A stretch of DNA of 64,000 nt from Chrysomallon squamiferum (Eukaryota; Animalia; Mollusca): assembly GCA_012295275.1 (NCBI GenBank), contig CM022665.1:4278001-4342000 (forward strand). Reading direction: 5' to 3'. Positions 26,850-39,815 of the stretch are shown here, in pieces. A program made the translations under genes and the position numbers. The notes under the pieces are model-generated. The model was given only the letters and a program-made list of their open reading frames with translations. It was not told where the DNA came from and searched no databases. Each line of letters starts with the position of its first letter. The stretch's first letter is position 1.

Positions 26850-27050
26850 AGTTCAGATTTTTATGGGAACATTCATTTTTCACAATATTTTCTTGATTAG
26901 TAGCTACGGTTCTTTACATGGACTCTTCCATATGTGGTAGTCACCATAACCTTTTATTACTCATTTCTTATATGAGTCATGGAGCACTGTCTGGACTTGG
27001 AAACAGATCAAGTGATAATCTGTGAAGCATATGTCTTCACACTGTAAACA
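26850..27050 (-). mobile_element. SINE fragment
   Basis: gattagtagctacggttcttta...gtcatggagcactgtctggacttggaaa. Confidence 0.4.
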
Positions 27051-27630
27051 CTGGCTTAGAATGAAATGAGATAAGGTCAGCTGATGCATAATAACAGTAA
27101 CACTACTGGACATTTGCTATCATTAACTCACAAAAGCATTAATAAAATGAGACCACTGTAACTGGTGAGAATATCACTGTAACCTGGATCAAATAATTAA
27201 TTTCAGTCATTGAAAATAAAGCCAAATTTGTTAATTATTCAGTTATTGTCAGCTCTTGTGAGAAAGTGTAATTAATAGTCAATTTTGCCAACACATTTAA
27301 TGTTTAATTACTGGGAACTCTAAATGACCTTGGTTGTGGTGTGAGATTATACTCTGCATTGACATTTAATGACGCACGTTTACATCATCATTATTCAAGG
27401 TCTACAGATAAATATTTTCATTACCATGGGGTTCAGTGGTTATCCTAATTCAAATTATCTCAAGCTAATTTGGGAGAATTAATTATATGGCAATGAGCCA
27501 AGAGTTAGTTCTTTGAGTCTAGTAATGCTAGACTTTGTACCCATGGCAGGCATACTTAGACACAGGTAACTTGTTTGCTTTTAATATATCTAAAAAGCTT
27601 ACTGAGAAATCAGTAATAATAAGAACTATT

Positions 27631-27631
<1 letters not shown>

Positions 27632-27689
<58 letters not shown>
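27632..27689. repeat. (AAT)n microsatellite
   Basis: Direct reading. Confidence 0.95.
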
Positions 27690-28204
27690 CATAATTATCA
27701 AAAAATTATTTTAATAATAAATATCAAACAAACAGTACTTATATACTTTTGCACTGACTAACTAAAGCATGCAGTTAATGCTTAATTCAATGTGATGTCA
27801 TTATTAGATTTTCCTTGTCAAGTTAGTAATAGAAGTGTGATTTAACACACTGACCTTGGTAGCAATAGAATTAAGCCAACAGACTGCAAAAGCATCAAGC
27901 CAACACAACATATATAATTATGGTTGTCAGGTTGGTAAAAGAAATAGTGACATTACCAGAGTATCAAACTGGCCTTGGTGACTTAATGGCACAGGAGGTT
28001 TATCTTAATATCTGTTATCTAAGGTCAAATGGGAAGATGTAGCATCACTTTTTCATTTCTTCTCAAAGGCTTCTAAAACTGTATTCAATACTGACTGGTA
28101 CACTAGCCAAAATAGTGAAATAGAAAAGGTCATTTAAAACATTTTTCACTATCCAAAAATAAACTGATCATTAAAAGTTTTAGATTCCAGCCTCAGCATG
28201 GGAG

Positions 28205-28330
28205 ATGGAAGTAATGTTTTATTTAATAACGCACAACAGATACTTTAAAGCCTGGTACTTTAAATCTATGCTTATAAGACATCATAAATATGGTCAAGAA
28301 CCAAAAGATGAGAGAAAAGAGGAACAGGAA
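28205..28330 (-). mobile_element. SINE 3' fragment
   Basis: ggaagtaatgttttatttaataacgcac...atatggtcaagaacc...gagagaaaagaggaa. Confidence 0.4.
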
Positions 28331-29109
28331 AGAACTAACTTAGCCCATGATATATCAGGATTCTGAATGAAGCAGGATGGATCCTCAGGCCAGCACTTTG
28401 CAACACAGGAAAAGACTGCCCCATAGTTTCAAGAATGCAGTATATATACTCATTACCTCTCTGAAAGTAGTAACACAATTTTATTTCTAGTTGTTTTCAG
28501 CAAATGAAAACCAACGTCTAGGACTTCACTGTTATGAAGACTGACCCTAATTATCTATTAGAAGGACTCTGGTATGTATCATCTTTCAGAACTGATCACT
28601 TATTTGTATTGTCATCATACCTATAGCATAACACAACTTCAATTACAACATCCCAGCAGTAAACTTTACTCAATTCTGTCATGATGGAAAAATTCCTCTA
28701 TTCTATCTGAAATGTTTGCGTTGCATGATATGCCCCAAACTGTGCACAAAACACAGCTCTGAGGTAGCTTCTTCATAATTGATTTATAGACAAGAAATTG
28801 TATTTGTAGCATCATCGTGCTGGGAGTCAAATTGTTTATTGATAGCCAGCCACTGAGTTTGTACTGTTGTGGTTAAGAATTGACACATTTCTTTTCGTTT
28901 TCTTATTTCACTGGGTCACCAATATGTCTGACAGCAAGCACTGGAATATTTCTTCCATGTGGGAGGTTCCTCTAGTGTTTGGTGACTGCAGACAAATTGA
29001 TTTAGGTCTGGTCTCAAGTCTCTAATAATTTATTTTTTATTGGATTCTGTAGGTGAAAGTGAAAGTTTGGTGTGTTTAGATGTAAATTACTTTATTTCAA
29101 AACTATTAA

Positions 29110-29420
29110 TGTTATCGGTAATCAAAATATTATTATAATGACTTGTAAACACTAATACTATTGTTATGACTGGTAAACAAAATACTGCTGTTGTAATTAG
29201 TAATGTTATAAAACTGCTGTTACAAATTGGTAAACAAAAATACAGCTTTTAATATTTGTAAAGAGTAACAACACTTTTGTTATGATAGGTAAACAAAATA
29301 CTGCTATTAATAGTAATAAATTATAGTATTACTTTCATAATTAGTAAATTGTAAAACTTTTATTATGTCTGGTAAACAAAATATTGCTCTAAAGCTAGTC
29401 TACTATAAAACTGTTTACAT
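29110..29420. repeat. Degenerate minisatellite (about 30-bp unit)
   Basis: Recurrent ggtaaacaaaatactgct. Confidence 0.55.
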
Positions 29421-32400
29421 AAGATGCAAAATATAACACTGCAGTGTAAATCTTTGACTATGTGTATTAGTAAGAAAATAAAACAGTAATAAAAATCCAG
29501 TAATTAATAGTTTTAGTGATGTAAATATCTGAACAGTTTAATTGTTGCCGTCTGTTTATTTCACGGGCTTGAGTAGTATTTTGTGATATTTTATAAAACT
29601 GAAATCTCTCATTTTTATTATCAGCAACATCAAAATTAAATCAAACAAGCAATTTTTGTCAAACTGACATATTCTTGCTCCATTTTCCATTGATCAATAA
29701 CCAATCAAAGAGGTGACTGGAATGTTAACCCTGACTAAAAATCTGAATTTATAAAAAATAATAATAATGAAAATATTATCCAGACATCAATATTTCCAGT
29801 TATCAAGTAATGGTTGCTCATACAAAAGAAGTTCCTCAATGTTAATGTTAAAGATATTTAGTGGAGTCTAGGGACATGGCTCAAATCACCACAGCAGTAT
29901 ATCCTGTCTGTATCAGATAATCTAAGCAGTATTACTACATGACAATTACATGTAACAAATGAACTATTAATACTGAAGTAACCTATCTGATCTGAAACAA
30001 GATATCAGTTTCACAGGTCTGTCCCAAGGATCAGACGTTATTGTCACAATGTTCACTGAAATTATTTTTTTGTTTGATGTACATTTAAAAATAGTTTAGT
30101 GATGGCAGAATTTGTTCAATATTTTTTAAAGTAAAATAATATTCTCATTGTCATTGTTGTTATTATTGTTGCTGTTTTAAATTTAATTTTTATTGTTCTT
30201 CATTGTATTTTTTCAGTTTTGATATTGCATATGACATCTAAGTGTTAAAAGTTAGAGCAAATTTAAAGTTGTTTTTCTTTGTTTAATTAATTTGTGAAAT
30301 ATTGTCTGAATGTATAAATGCTCATGTGTTTATATAAAACAGACAACAATATGTCAGGCAAAATTCATGTGATCATTTCTTGCCCAACAATTTAGGACAA
30401 TACTTATTTATGGACTCACTCTTACTAGGTAGTTTGTTCCCACAACATTCAAATGTCATTTACATTGTTAATAATGTTATTATTCTGTACTTCACAAACT
30501 ACAATAAAAATATTTTTATTTTTTAATAGTTTAATTTACTTTCTTGTTACTACTACGTATAACTAAAAGTATTAATTTTAGGTATAAAATATTTAGACAA
30601 AACAATTCTTAAAGACATCAAACATACTTGTACAAAAAAGAAAAAGAACAAGAAGAACAAAAAAGAAGCTATATATAATAATAAGGTAATTTAGATAAAT
30701 GAATCAAAAATGTATTTTGTTTTCCTAAACAAATAAAATAAATGTTTGTAGGCTCAGTCTGTTAAATATATTTTACTAAAGAAAACAAAAAAGAAGACAA
30801 AATTTCATTTAATCTTTTTCATTTCCATCTTAAAATATCTGCTGGTTCCATTGATTACTAAAACAAATTATTAATGTTATTTGCCACGATTATCTTAATA
30901 TACAATCAATGGCAAAACTATTTAATAAGACTGATATAAAATTAAATACAAGTAGCAAAAGCAATAGTAAAAACAGCAGCAAAAAACAAAACAAAGAAAA
31001 ATTATGGAGTTACTTCCCTTTGAACCTGATGGTCTAATTCTGGTGATCACGAAGGACATGTAAAATATTTATCAGTTCCATTGATTGCAGTAATGAAATA
31101 GTCTGCTTTTTCACTACAACACTACTTAGAAGTACTCATTAGACTTAAATTATTGAAGCCAGAGTTAATTTTGGTTACAAGTAAACATAGATGTAATTAC
31201 AAAAACTTCCTCAAAACAAAACTCTAACAATACATTATTTATCCGTTCTTTTCAAATTTATTACCTTGTGAAAACTGACTGTTTTATCTCTGGATTTTGT
31301 TATTTTGTAATAAAATATTTCTTAGAAATCCATTAACAAGGATCAATAGACAATTTTTAAGAGATCTAGAAAATGCAGACGGTTCTGATTTTCTAAAAAT
31401 AACATTAACCTTTCTTCCACATAAACTTAAAAATTGTCGGCTGAATTTATAAAACCTCATTTGGACAAATACTGAATTTGTAAATTAAATTTTATGTCTT
31501 TAAACTTGCATTAAGTCAGTTAAATCAGTTAATTTAAAAATCATCATCAAAATAAACACAACTTTCACAATGGATTACTTACATGTTGATCTGTTAGTGC
31601 CAATGATAGCTGTAAAGATAATCTTTTTAGAACTGAAATATAATCATGTAACTTGGAAAGAATGAAAATCTTAAGACAGCAAACTGATTTTACATTATGA
31701 ATTTTAAAAATTTTGTTTTCACTAACTATAATGTCATGAACAACAACAATACTTAATATATAAACAAACAAACAAACAAACAAAGAAAAGAAAAAAAAGA
31801 AAGAAAGAAATGAACTAGTTAAAAAATATATACATATGTGTGTGTGTGTGTGTGTGTGTATGTGTGTTTAAAGTAAATAATTTGTTATTGATAAATACAG
31901 TATCCCCAGAGATACTGATGACCTTACACTAACCATGTATTTGTTAACAGGCAAAAATTTAACAGCAAGCTGTACGTTCAATATAAACATGTCATTTAAC
32001 ATAATAAAATGGCTCAAATGCTATATGACATCTGATGTCTTGTTTGCCATGTATGTTGCTTTTATAGTAATACTTGAGGTACATAGTTGTTCTTGAATGT
32101 TTCTAAGTGTTTGATGTAGTTTAGAATGGATCTACAGCAGTCTGTATTAATTCACCTTTATTATTATTAATTTATTTTATTTAGTTTTTTTTTTAAATGT
32201 GGCACTTTTTAATAATGATTATTGTTGTTGTTTTTGTTATTATTATTCCAAAACCAATATATTCTTTTATTTAAATCCAATGTACATCTGAAGATATTAA
32301 AAATACACAACACTCCAGAGCATGTTTAAGTATATTATGATACAGCTTTTGCCCCCAGCCTACCTATAGCAAGACACTGAGTTCATCAGCATTAAAATAA

Positions 32401-32684
32401 TCTTACCATGTTTAACATGTAAACAGAACACTTGAACAGGATTCTACAGACACAAGCAGACTGGCTATTCTGAGGCTCAGACTTTACCAAAGATAGAAGA
32501 CTTCAGACTCTTTATCATCAGGCATTATGACATTAACAGGGTTTTGATGCATGTATAAATGGCATTCAAGTCTGCTGGTTTAACACTATGTTACGAAATG
32601 GTATCAGAAGTGTTTGTTTCTGACTTATGCTTTCTAGGTTTATAATTATTTTTGTTATTGTTAATATGGAACATGTAGATATTA

Positions 32685-33500
32685 GTTATCTCAGGTCATC
32701 TAGTCATCACAGGTCATTTACACACTGTATTTTATTAACATAGGTCACCTAGACATTACAGCTATTGTTACTGGACATCTAAATGTAACAGTTATGATCA
32801 TAGATCATTTAGACATTAGATTTTAATATCACAGGTCTTATTTCATTACAAGTTTTATTTCAATACAAGGCTTCCAAAAAATTCTTGTTTTATACAAGTC
32901 TTATTTCATTGCAATTCATATTTCATATTTCATTACTAGTTTTGTTTCATTACAGATGTTATTTCAATATAAATTTCAGTACAATTTTGGTTCAGTACAA
33001 GTCTTATTTCAATACAATTTTTATATCATTACACATCTTATTTCTCTAGAAAACTTGTTTGTTTTGTTTCAGTTCAAGTCTTATTTCAGTACAAATCTTA
33101 CTTCACTAGAAATCTTATTTCAGTACATTACAATCATTATCATAGGTCATTTACACATTACATTTGTTATCACTGGCCATCAAAGCATCAGTCATTATCA
33201 TAGGTCATCTATATATTACAGTTATTATCATAGATCAGTTAGACATTATAATTATTATCACAGGTCATCTAGACCTTACATTTATTATCACAGATCATCT
33301 AGACATTACAGTTATTACCTTATGTCATCTAGTCGCTACAGCTATTATTAACGGTCATCTAGCTATTATACTTATCATTGTAGGCTATTGATATAATTAT
33401 TGTAATCTACATTATAACAGAAATCTATGTATTACTGTGTCATGGACCATCTAGGCATTATTATAATTATTATAAGCCATTTAGATATTATATACATTAC
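32685..33500. repeat. 30-bp minisatellite (ttattatcacaggtcatctagacattacag) interrupted at 32838-33127 by a block of a 17-bp minisatellite
   Basis: 30-mer units are visible on both sides of the inserted ttatttcagtacaagtc block. Confidence 0.8.
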
Positions 33501-34044
33501 AAATCAGTGAATGTGAAAAATAGAACTGCATTATTTAGATAAATACTTTTATTAACTCCCAAAGCCAAAAACATTTCAAAATTTTAATAATCAGAAATTC
33601 AGAATTTTTATATACTTTTAAATATTTTCTTCTTCTTTGCTTTAAATTTTCGATGGCATGCAGTTGTAAAACAGACTTTCAGAAAGTAGTTTAAAGTGTC
33701 TAGACTGCATTAGTGTTAAATTTGCTTTACATACACAGTCCTGAAGTCTTGTTGGTAAAAGTAGTGAGCTGGCAAATTAGATAAACTGGTCATGAATCTT
33801 CATAACGATAGATGGTTTCAGGTCTTGATCCCAGCATTTACCACTCTTTAGTGTGTCTGCTTGACCATTATGCTTCTGAATCCAGCCATTGTCTGCTTTC
33901 TGTTTCATGTGTTTATCCTTTTAAAATACACTTTCAATTTGTTATCAGTGTAAATAACAAAGCAAATAAAAATTTCAGTTCTCTAAGTAACATTCTGTTG
34001 ATTCTCAAGTTTTATAGTCAAACCAGCATTTGAAGTTTGTTTTC

Positions 34045-34448
34045 AATGAATGAGTAAATGAATGGTTATTTAATATCAAAACATTTCTTTATTGACAATT
34101 ATCTTATGTAAATCAAATGATTCTATAATGCTAATATAACAAAAGATGATTGCTGCCAATATTATGCTATGTGCTATTGCTACCAGTTATGAGAAACATA
34201 CCATCTTCAATATGCCTGTTCCCACAGAAAGGAAAACAAATACATATTTGATATGAGACTCCAGTGGCACTGACTAGAATCATTAACAGCTTAATAGGTG
34301 CTTTGAAAAGGATTGTTTCTAATTCTCATCATGTTTCAGGTATTTGATATAGTGCTGATGCAGATGATGTAAAATGATGTTGCCCAGAATATTTGATCCC
34401 ATTATCTATTGCTCCTCAACTGAAAGATCTACCTTTGAGCTACAGCCC
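34045..34448 (-). mobile_element. Degenerate SINE
   Basis: gctgcca, ttcccacagaaagga, ggcactgactagaa, tttgatccc, ctacctttgagctaca occur in family order. Confidence 0.5.
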
Positions 34449-34454
34449 TTTGCT

Positions 34455-34945
34455 GTTGTAATGAAAGAGTTTGTATTTAAACAATACTTCTAATGAAAGA
34501 AAATTTCTATTAAAATAAAATTTGTACTGAAATAAGATTTCTAGTGAATTAAAATGTGTACTGAAATAAAACTTGAACTGAAACAAAATGTGCACTGAAA
34601 CAAGTCTTCTAGTGAAATAAGATGTGTAATGAAATAAAAATTGCATTGAACCAAAACTGTACTGAAATTTATATTGAAATAACTTCTGTATTGAAACAAA
34701 ACTAGTAATGAATTATGAAATATGAATTTCACTGAAATAAGACTTGTATGAAATAAGACTTGTATTGAAATAAAAATTGTACTGAAATAAGACTTATAAT
34801 GAAATAAGAATTGTATTGAAATAAGAACTGTATTGAAATAACACTTGTATTGAAATAAGAATAGTATTGACATAACACTTGTAATGAAATAAAAAATGTA
34901 CTGAAATAAGACATTGAAAACAACTGTACTGAAACAAGATTATAC
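34455..34945. repeat. 17-bp minisatellite (gacttgtattgaaataa), inverted relative to 32838-33127
   Basis: Clear 17-bp periodicity; its reverse complement is collinear with the block at 32838-33127. Confidence 0.8.
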
Positions 34946-36339
34946 AGAACCCCTGATACACACTGATACACTGATATTCTTAACACAACATGGGACCCAA
35001 TTAATTAATAAAATACAGCAGTGTGAGACTAAAAATAACAGAATTAATGGTGTTAATTAATTTACCAAGCAGAGAAGACACGACATATTTTTACAAACCT
35101 TATTAACTCTAAACAAATAAGGACACAGATGGATGCTTGGGTGAACATATGCATTGCATGTTTAGAAATCTTGGTATTTACTTCACCCTGTTGTTTGTGT
35201 AATACTGATAAACAACATTCATTAAAAAAAGATATACACTGACATCTTTATCTCTACATTAACGTTTTCCTTGGTTTGGTAATTAACTCCAGAAATTTTT
35301 TAACATTTCGTAACTGTTTTAATTTTGTATTTTTCTTTTATCTATTTATCTTTGTAGTAATTATACATCTACTTATAAACCTGCCTACCAAATAAAATTT
35401 ATTTACAAAACCTGTCTGCTAGCTCTATACCTGTTTATATACCTGTTAATAAACCCAGTTACTAAATACCTATCTTTACATACCTACTCGATATAAATGT
35501 ATCAGGCTACTTATACACATGCCTAACATAACTGTTAGATATTTAATCCAGAGACTGTTACTCTTTCATAAACAAGTAAATAATTTATTTTGTTTTGTTG
35601 TTTCCATTCCTAATCCTAATCACAACTTTTTTAAACAAATATAAGTTAAAAACTTCCCTATCTATTGAAATTTATGTAATAATGGAAGATCAATAAACTA
35701 ACAGACTATAATAAATTAAATTAAAAAGCACTAAAATCAGTTTTAAAAACTGATAGTGTCTATAAAATCCTTACTTATTTTAAAGAATTTCCCTTGTCCT
35801 AAATATACTTCCAAATCATTCAGTTAACACACACATATACAACAAACCCAAATTAATTCCAAAGCATCCAAGAAACTTAAGTATGATGAAAACCTATGGT
35901 GTTATATTCTCATGCAATGCCAGAGTTGTCAAACTGAGAGAACTCAAGCTGTCTTCAACAATGTATTGATCTACATAACAAGCAGATAACTTGAATACAT
36001 GTTCAAAGTTAGGAAAATCTCCAGTTCTTTCCCACAAGACTTTTAAGTGACAGGAAAATCTATCACTTGATGACAAGACAGGACGGTTTTCTTTTTTAGA
36101 AGTTCAGTGATATTTATTTGCTACAAATCCCGCTCCAGTGTTGGTCCCGTCAGATTGCATTGTGAGGTAACCAGACCCATTTCAAGTATTAATGAAATCG
36201 TAAATAATGATGAGAGCCAAATTAAGTCTGACTTGTTTGTAACACAAACTGCCTGTAATGAAGACATGATAATCCCCATAATATTAATTGGACAACCGAT
36301 TTAAATGTGTTTGTTTTATATTAGAAAATCTTCAAGGGG

Positions 36340-36480
36340 CATACTCTGGTTCACTGGTGAGCCATAATGGGACTCAGGATATTCTTAGGTTATTTTCCCA
36401 TTCCAACCAGGACTCTATAAATGGTTTACCAATAGCCATAGTATGTGCTTTTCTGAATATAAGATGTATATATAACTTAT
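36340..36480 (+). mobile_element. SINE fragment
   Basis: ggttattttcccattccaaccagg...gccatagtatgtgct matches the body of the 24686 copy. Confidence 0.45.
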
Positions 36481-39314
36481 AATATTAACCTTTCCCCCAA
36501 AACACATACTATTGATAGCTAAAAACAAGCTGTATTAAATTCATCTTTAAGATATAAAAGAAAAAGAGAGAAAAAAATCTTAATTCAAAATTATGAATGT
36601 GTGTAAACTATAAATATTTAGCTGCTTTTCACAGTCATACATATTTTGTATCACAAAAATACAGTTACTTTTTTTTGGATCAGTTTCACAGATCTCTTGA
36701 TAATAACATATGACTTATGATAATAATGAGTCTAAATTTAGAATGTTTCATTAATATATAATATATAATTACATTACATTACTGATATGTTTGGTTTATT
36801 TTCATTTTATAAATAAAATATATTGATATATAAAAAAATATTTTTCACTATCTTCTAAACACAAGGGTTACTGTACATTTGTTTTTGTTTTTCTTCAGCA
36901 GGCTGGATACAGGGTCAGTCAAGTATATATGATAAGTTGACAAGTAATATAAGTAGCTGTGGTTTTTTTAATATGATATTACAAAGTTGAAACTGGGATA
37001 TCCCCCAACAAAACAAAACAAAAAAAAAAACCCAGAAAAATCACAAAGAATATTCATAATTTGGTTTTTAAACTATAACTAACTGTTGCACATCAATACT
37101 AAGGAATATTTTATTACTATTATATTTTATTTTTTTTTTTTTATGGAATTTTTTATAAAGAAGAAGGCACTTTTGTTGGTTTTTGATACTTGCTGAATGA
37201 ACAGTTAGAACAGGTGGAACAATCAAATGGTAACAAAATAAAATTTAATAAAATGGAACAAAAATATTAAATCTTTTCTTCTTCAAAAAATGCTCAACAA
37301 AAACAAACAAACAGAAATCACCAAAATGTCACACAAAAGCTTTATCTTATCATAGTTCATTAAGCAACTGTTTACATCAGTGAATACATTTCAGATCATT
37401 TTCCAGTTAAATGTAGAAAGTGATATTAGAAGCTCATCTGACTAAATTAAATAAACCTAGCAACAAAATGATCAAGAAATGTTACAATGAGATTCGTAAT
37501 TACATCACAGTGCCACTCTATAGGACCCATGAATAATTCAGAGAGTTTTAAATAATACTTTTCTTGCAGGAGTGAGTAAACATAATGAAGAAAACATTTA
37601 ATCACCAGATATTAATAGCAGATTAAACAGAACAGTTTATATAACAATCTGTGAGGTAATTTTTGTTGGTAATTGTGTGTAATGAAAAAGCAGAGTATCA
37701 CTGATTGTTCTTTTAGCATTTGTAAATGTTTATATAATTCTATTATTATTTTATTTATGTTATTATTATTGTTGTTTTGGTTACTCTTGTTATTATGATT
37801 ATTTATATTAGAAATATTATTATTATTATTAATTTTATTTTGAACCTGAAAGCTCTTGGTTAATATAGTTACCTTTTTGAGGTTGGTAAAACTTGTTTAT
37901 GAAGTTTTGACTGATTTGTTGTTAAAAAAGTGAGTTCCCTGTAATTTAATGTAAGTAACAATATGAGACAGAGTAGGCGAAGATTAGTGACAATTTGAAG
38001 TAGAGCAGGACTGAAAATTAATGAAAACGTAAGGCAGAGCAGGATTAAAGACAAGAGACAATCTGGAGCCAATGAGAACTAAAGACAAGTAACTATTTAT
38101 GACTTCTGCAAGCTTTCTCAGGCTATAGGTAATAACTATTTTAAATTATCATGATCAAGTTTGTTTTCATTTAGAAGATATTAATTGACTATTCTGAGCA
38201 CAAAATATTAAATGTTATGTTAGTGAGTTAACAGAGCAGTCAGTTTAGGAGTTTTATTAGTGTTTTTCTAATCTCTGTAAACTGAAATAAACTTTAGTGG
38301 GTATAAGCCTGAAAGATTTGCCTTTAAGAAGTCATTACCACTTTTCAACTTAATACAAGGTGCCTCCCACTTCAAATTAATGTACAGATAGATACATCCA
38401 AGCATTTTTTTCTAAATGCAAATTAACCTCAGAGTACTTTCAAGCAAGTGTATTAAACTCAGGTGGATGCTCGCATCATTAGTAAATCTAATTTTCTACT
38501 TGAACAATAAACTTATCATTGAAATCAGCATTAAAAATGTAGTAATGATTATTCTCCACAGCAGATCAATAACAAAGAAAGATTAAATGTGTGATTGCCC
38601 ACAATAAAACCAAAGATTCTAAAGCAAATGAAAATAAAATTTGCTTGGTTGAGCTGGTAAAACTTTTAACATGATTGTCAACATACAGAGTTGTGAAGCT
38701 TCTCCGACTTGTTACTGGGATAAACTTCCATAAGTGTTAGAAGATTGGTAAAGTGAAAGAAAAATTATGTAAGGATTTTAAAATTTCTTTAAATTTAGTA
38801 ATATCAACAGACAGCCTATATACCTTTTATGCACTTCCTGTTATTATTTAACTTCTGCTCAATGTTTGCTAATAATAAAGTATGACAATAAAATATTTCC
38901 TCTTTTACTCCAGTGTCATATTACACATGAAAATGTAAAACAAAAATCCCTGACAACAATTTAGTTAGTCTGCAAGGTTTCCTTTATATTTCTCTTTAGG
39001 AACTGACACATAAGCTTCAGCCTTTTTTAATGTAAACAAATGAAGCTCACTCCAAGATAATTTACTTATTTTGCATGGCAGAATTTCATGGCCATCACTG
39101 TTAATGGATTCAGAAGAATTTGTTCTTGATACATCATACTGACACTGCCCCCAAGTGTGGCATACACTCCACATTGGGAAACACTCATTTAACCATAATA
39201 GCATAATGAAAGAAAATGATAAGTATAAAATAACTTTAAGGTCATTGCTTAGGTGCTGATCATTCTGTTCAGATGGCCAACATATTAAAAGGAATTGTCA
39301 TAATGTAATGATAG

Positions 39315-39462
39315 TATGAGAGAAAATAAAAAATCAGTTACCATCATAGACACCATGGGCTATTCATATCGATTAAAAATGTTTATGTCCACTACTTCAC
39401 TGACAGGAAAACACACATCTTGGCTTATGAAATCAACTTGGAGCCATGGCTGGAATGGGATT
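39315..39462 (-). mobile_element. SINE fragment
   Basis: catgggctattc...gacaggaaaacacacatc...ggagccatggctggaatggga. Confidence 0.45.
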
Positions 39463-39756
39463 TGTTTAACTTAAGTATATATAAGAATAAACACCAATTA
39501 TTCTATTCAAAACATCTAAATTAAAACAAAACAATTTTGTTATTCAGCTGGAAAAAGTTATAAATTCAGAAAGTAATATTACAGTATCTGCAACAGACCA
39601 GAAAATTATTCCATTTTTTCTATGTAATATATATGTTTATGTGGTAATAAAGCGACATACAGTGTTACAATACAAATCAAAACAGGGAGTGAGTCATGAA
39701 TTATTAATACCAATCAAGCCAGATGACATTTTGAAAGAATGTTTACTATAAAATGT

Positions 39757-39758
<2 letters not shown>

Positions 39759-39813
<55 letters not shown>
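39759..39813. repeat. Poly-T run (55 nt)
   Basis: Direct reading. Confidence 0.95.

Positions 39814-39815
<2 letters not shown>

Noticed and set aside
32956-33391. 131-aa and 75-aa ORFs with YYHRSS / LFQY repeats
   Set aside because: Translations of the 17-bp and 30-bp minisatellites. There are no splice signals or other coding signs. The same applies to the ORFs at 34440-34986.
32685-34945. CRISPR-like appearance of the regular repeats
   Set aside because: Units are contiguous and degenerate with no unique spacers, there are no cas genes, and the context is eukaryotic.
38965-39204. 79-aa ORF with ordinary composition
   Set aside because: No splice donor linking it to the gene, no recognisable family, no CpG retention. 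Cannot be supported.
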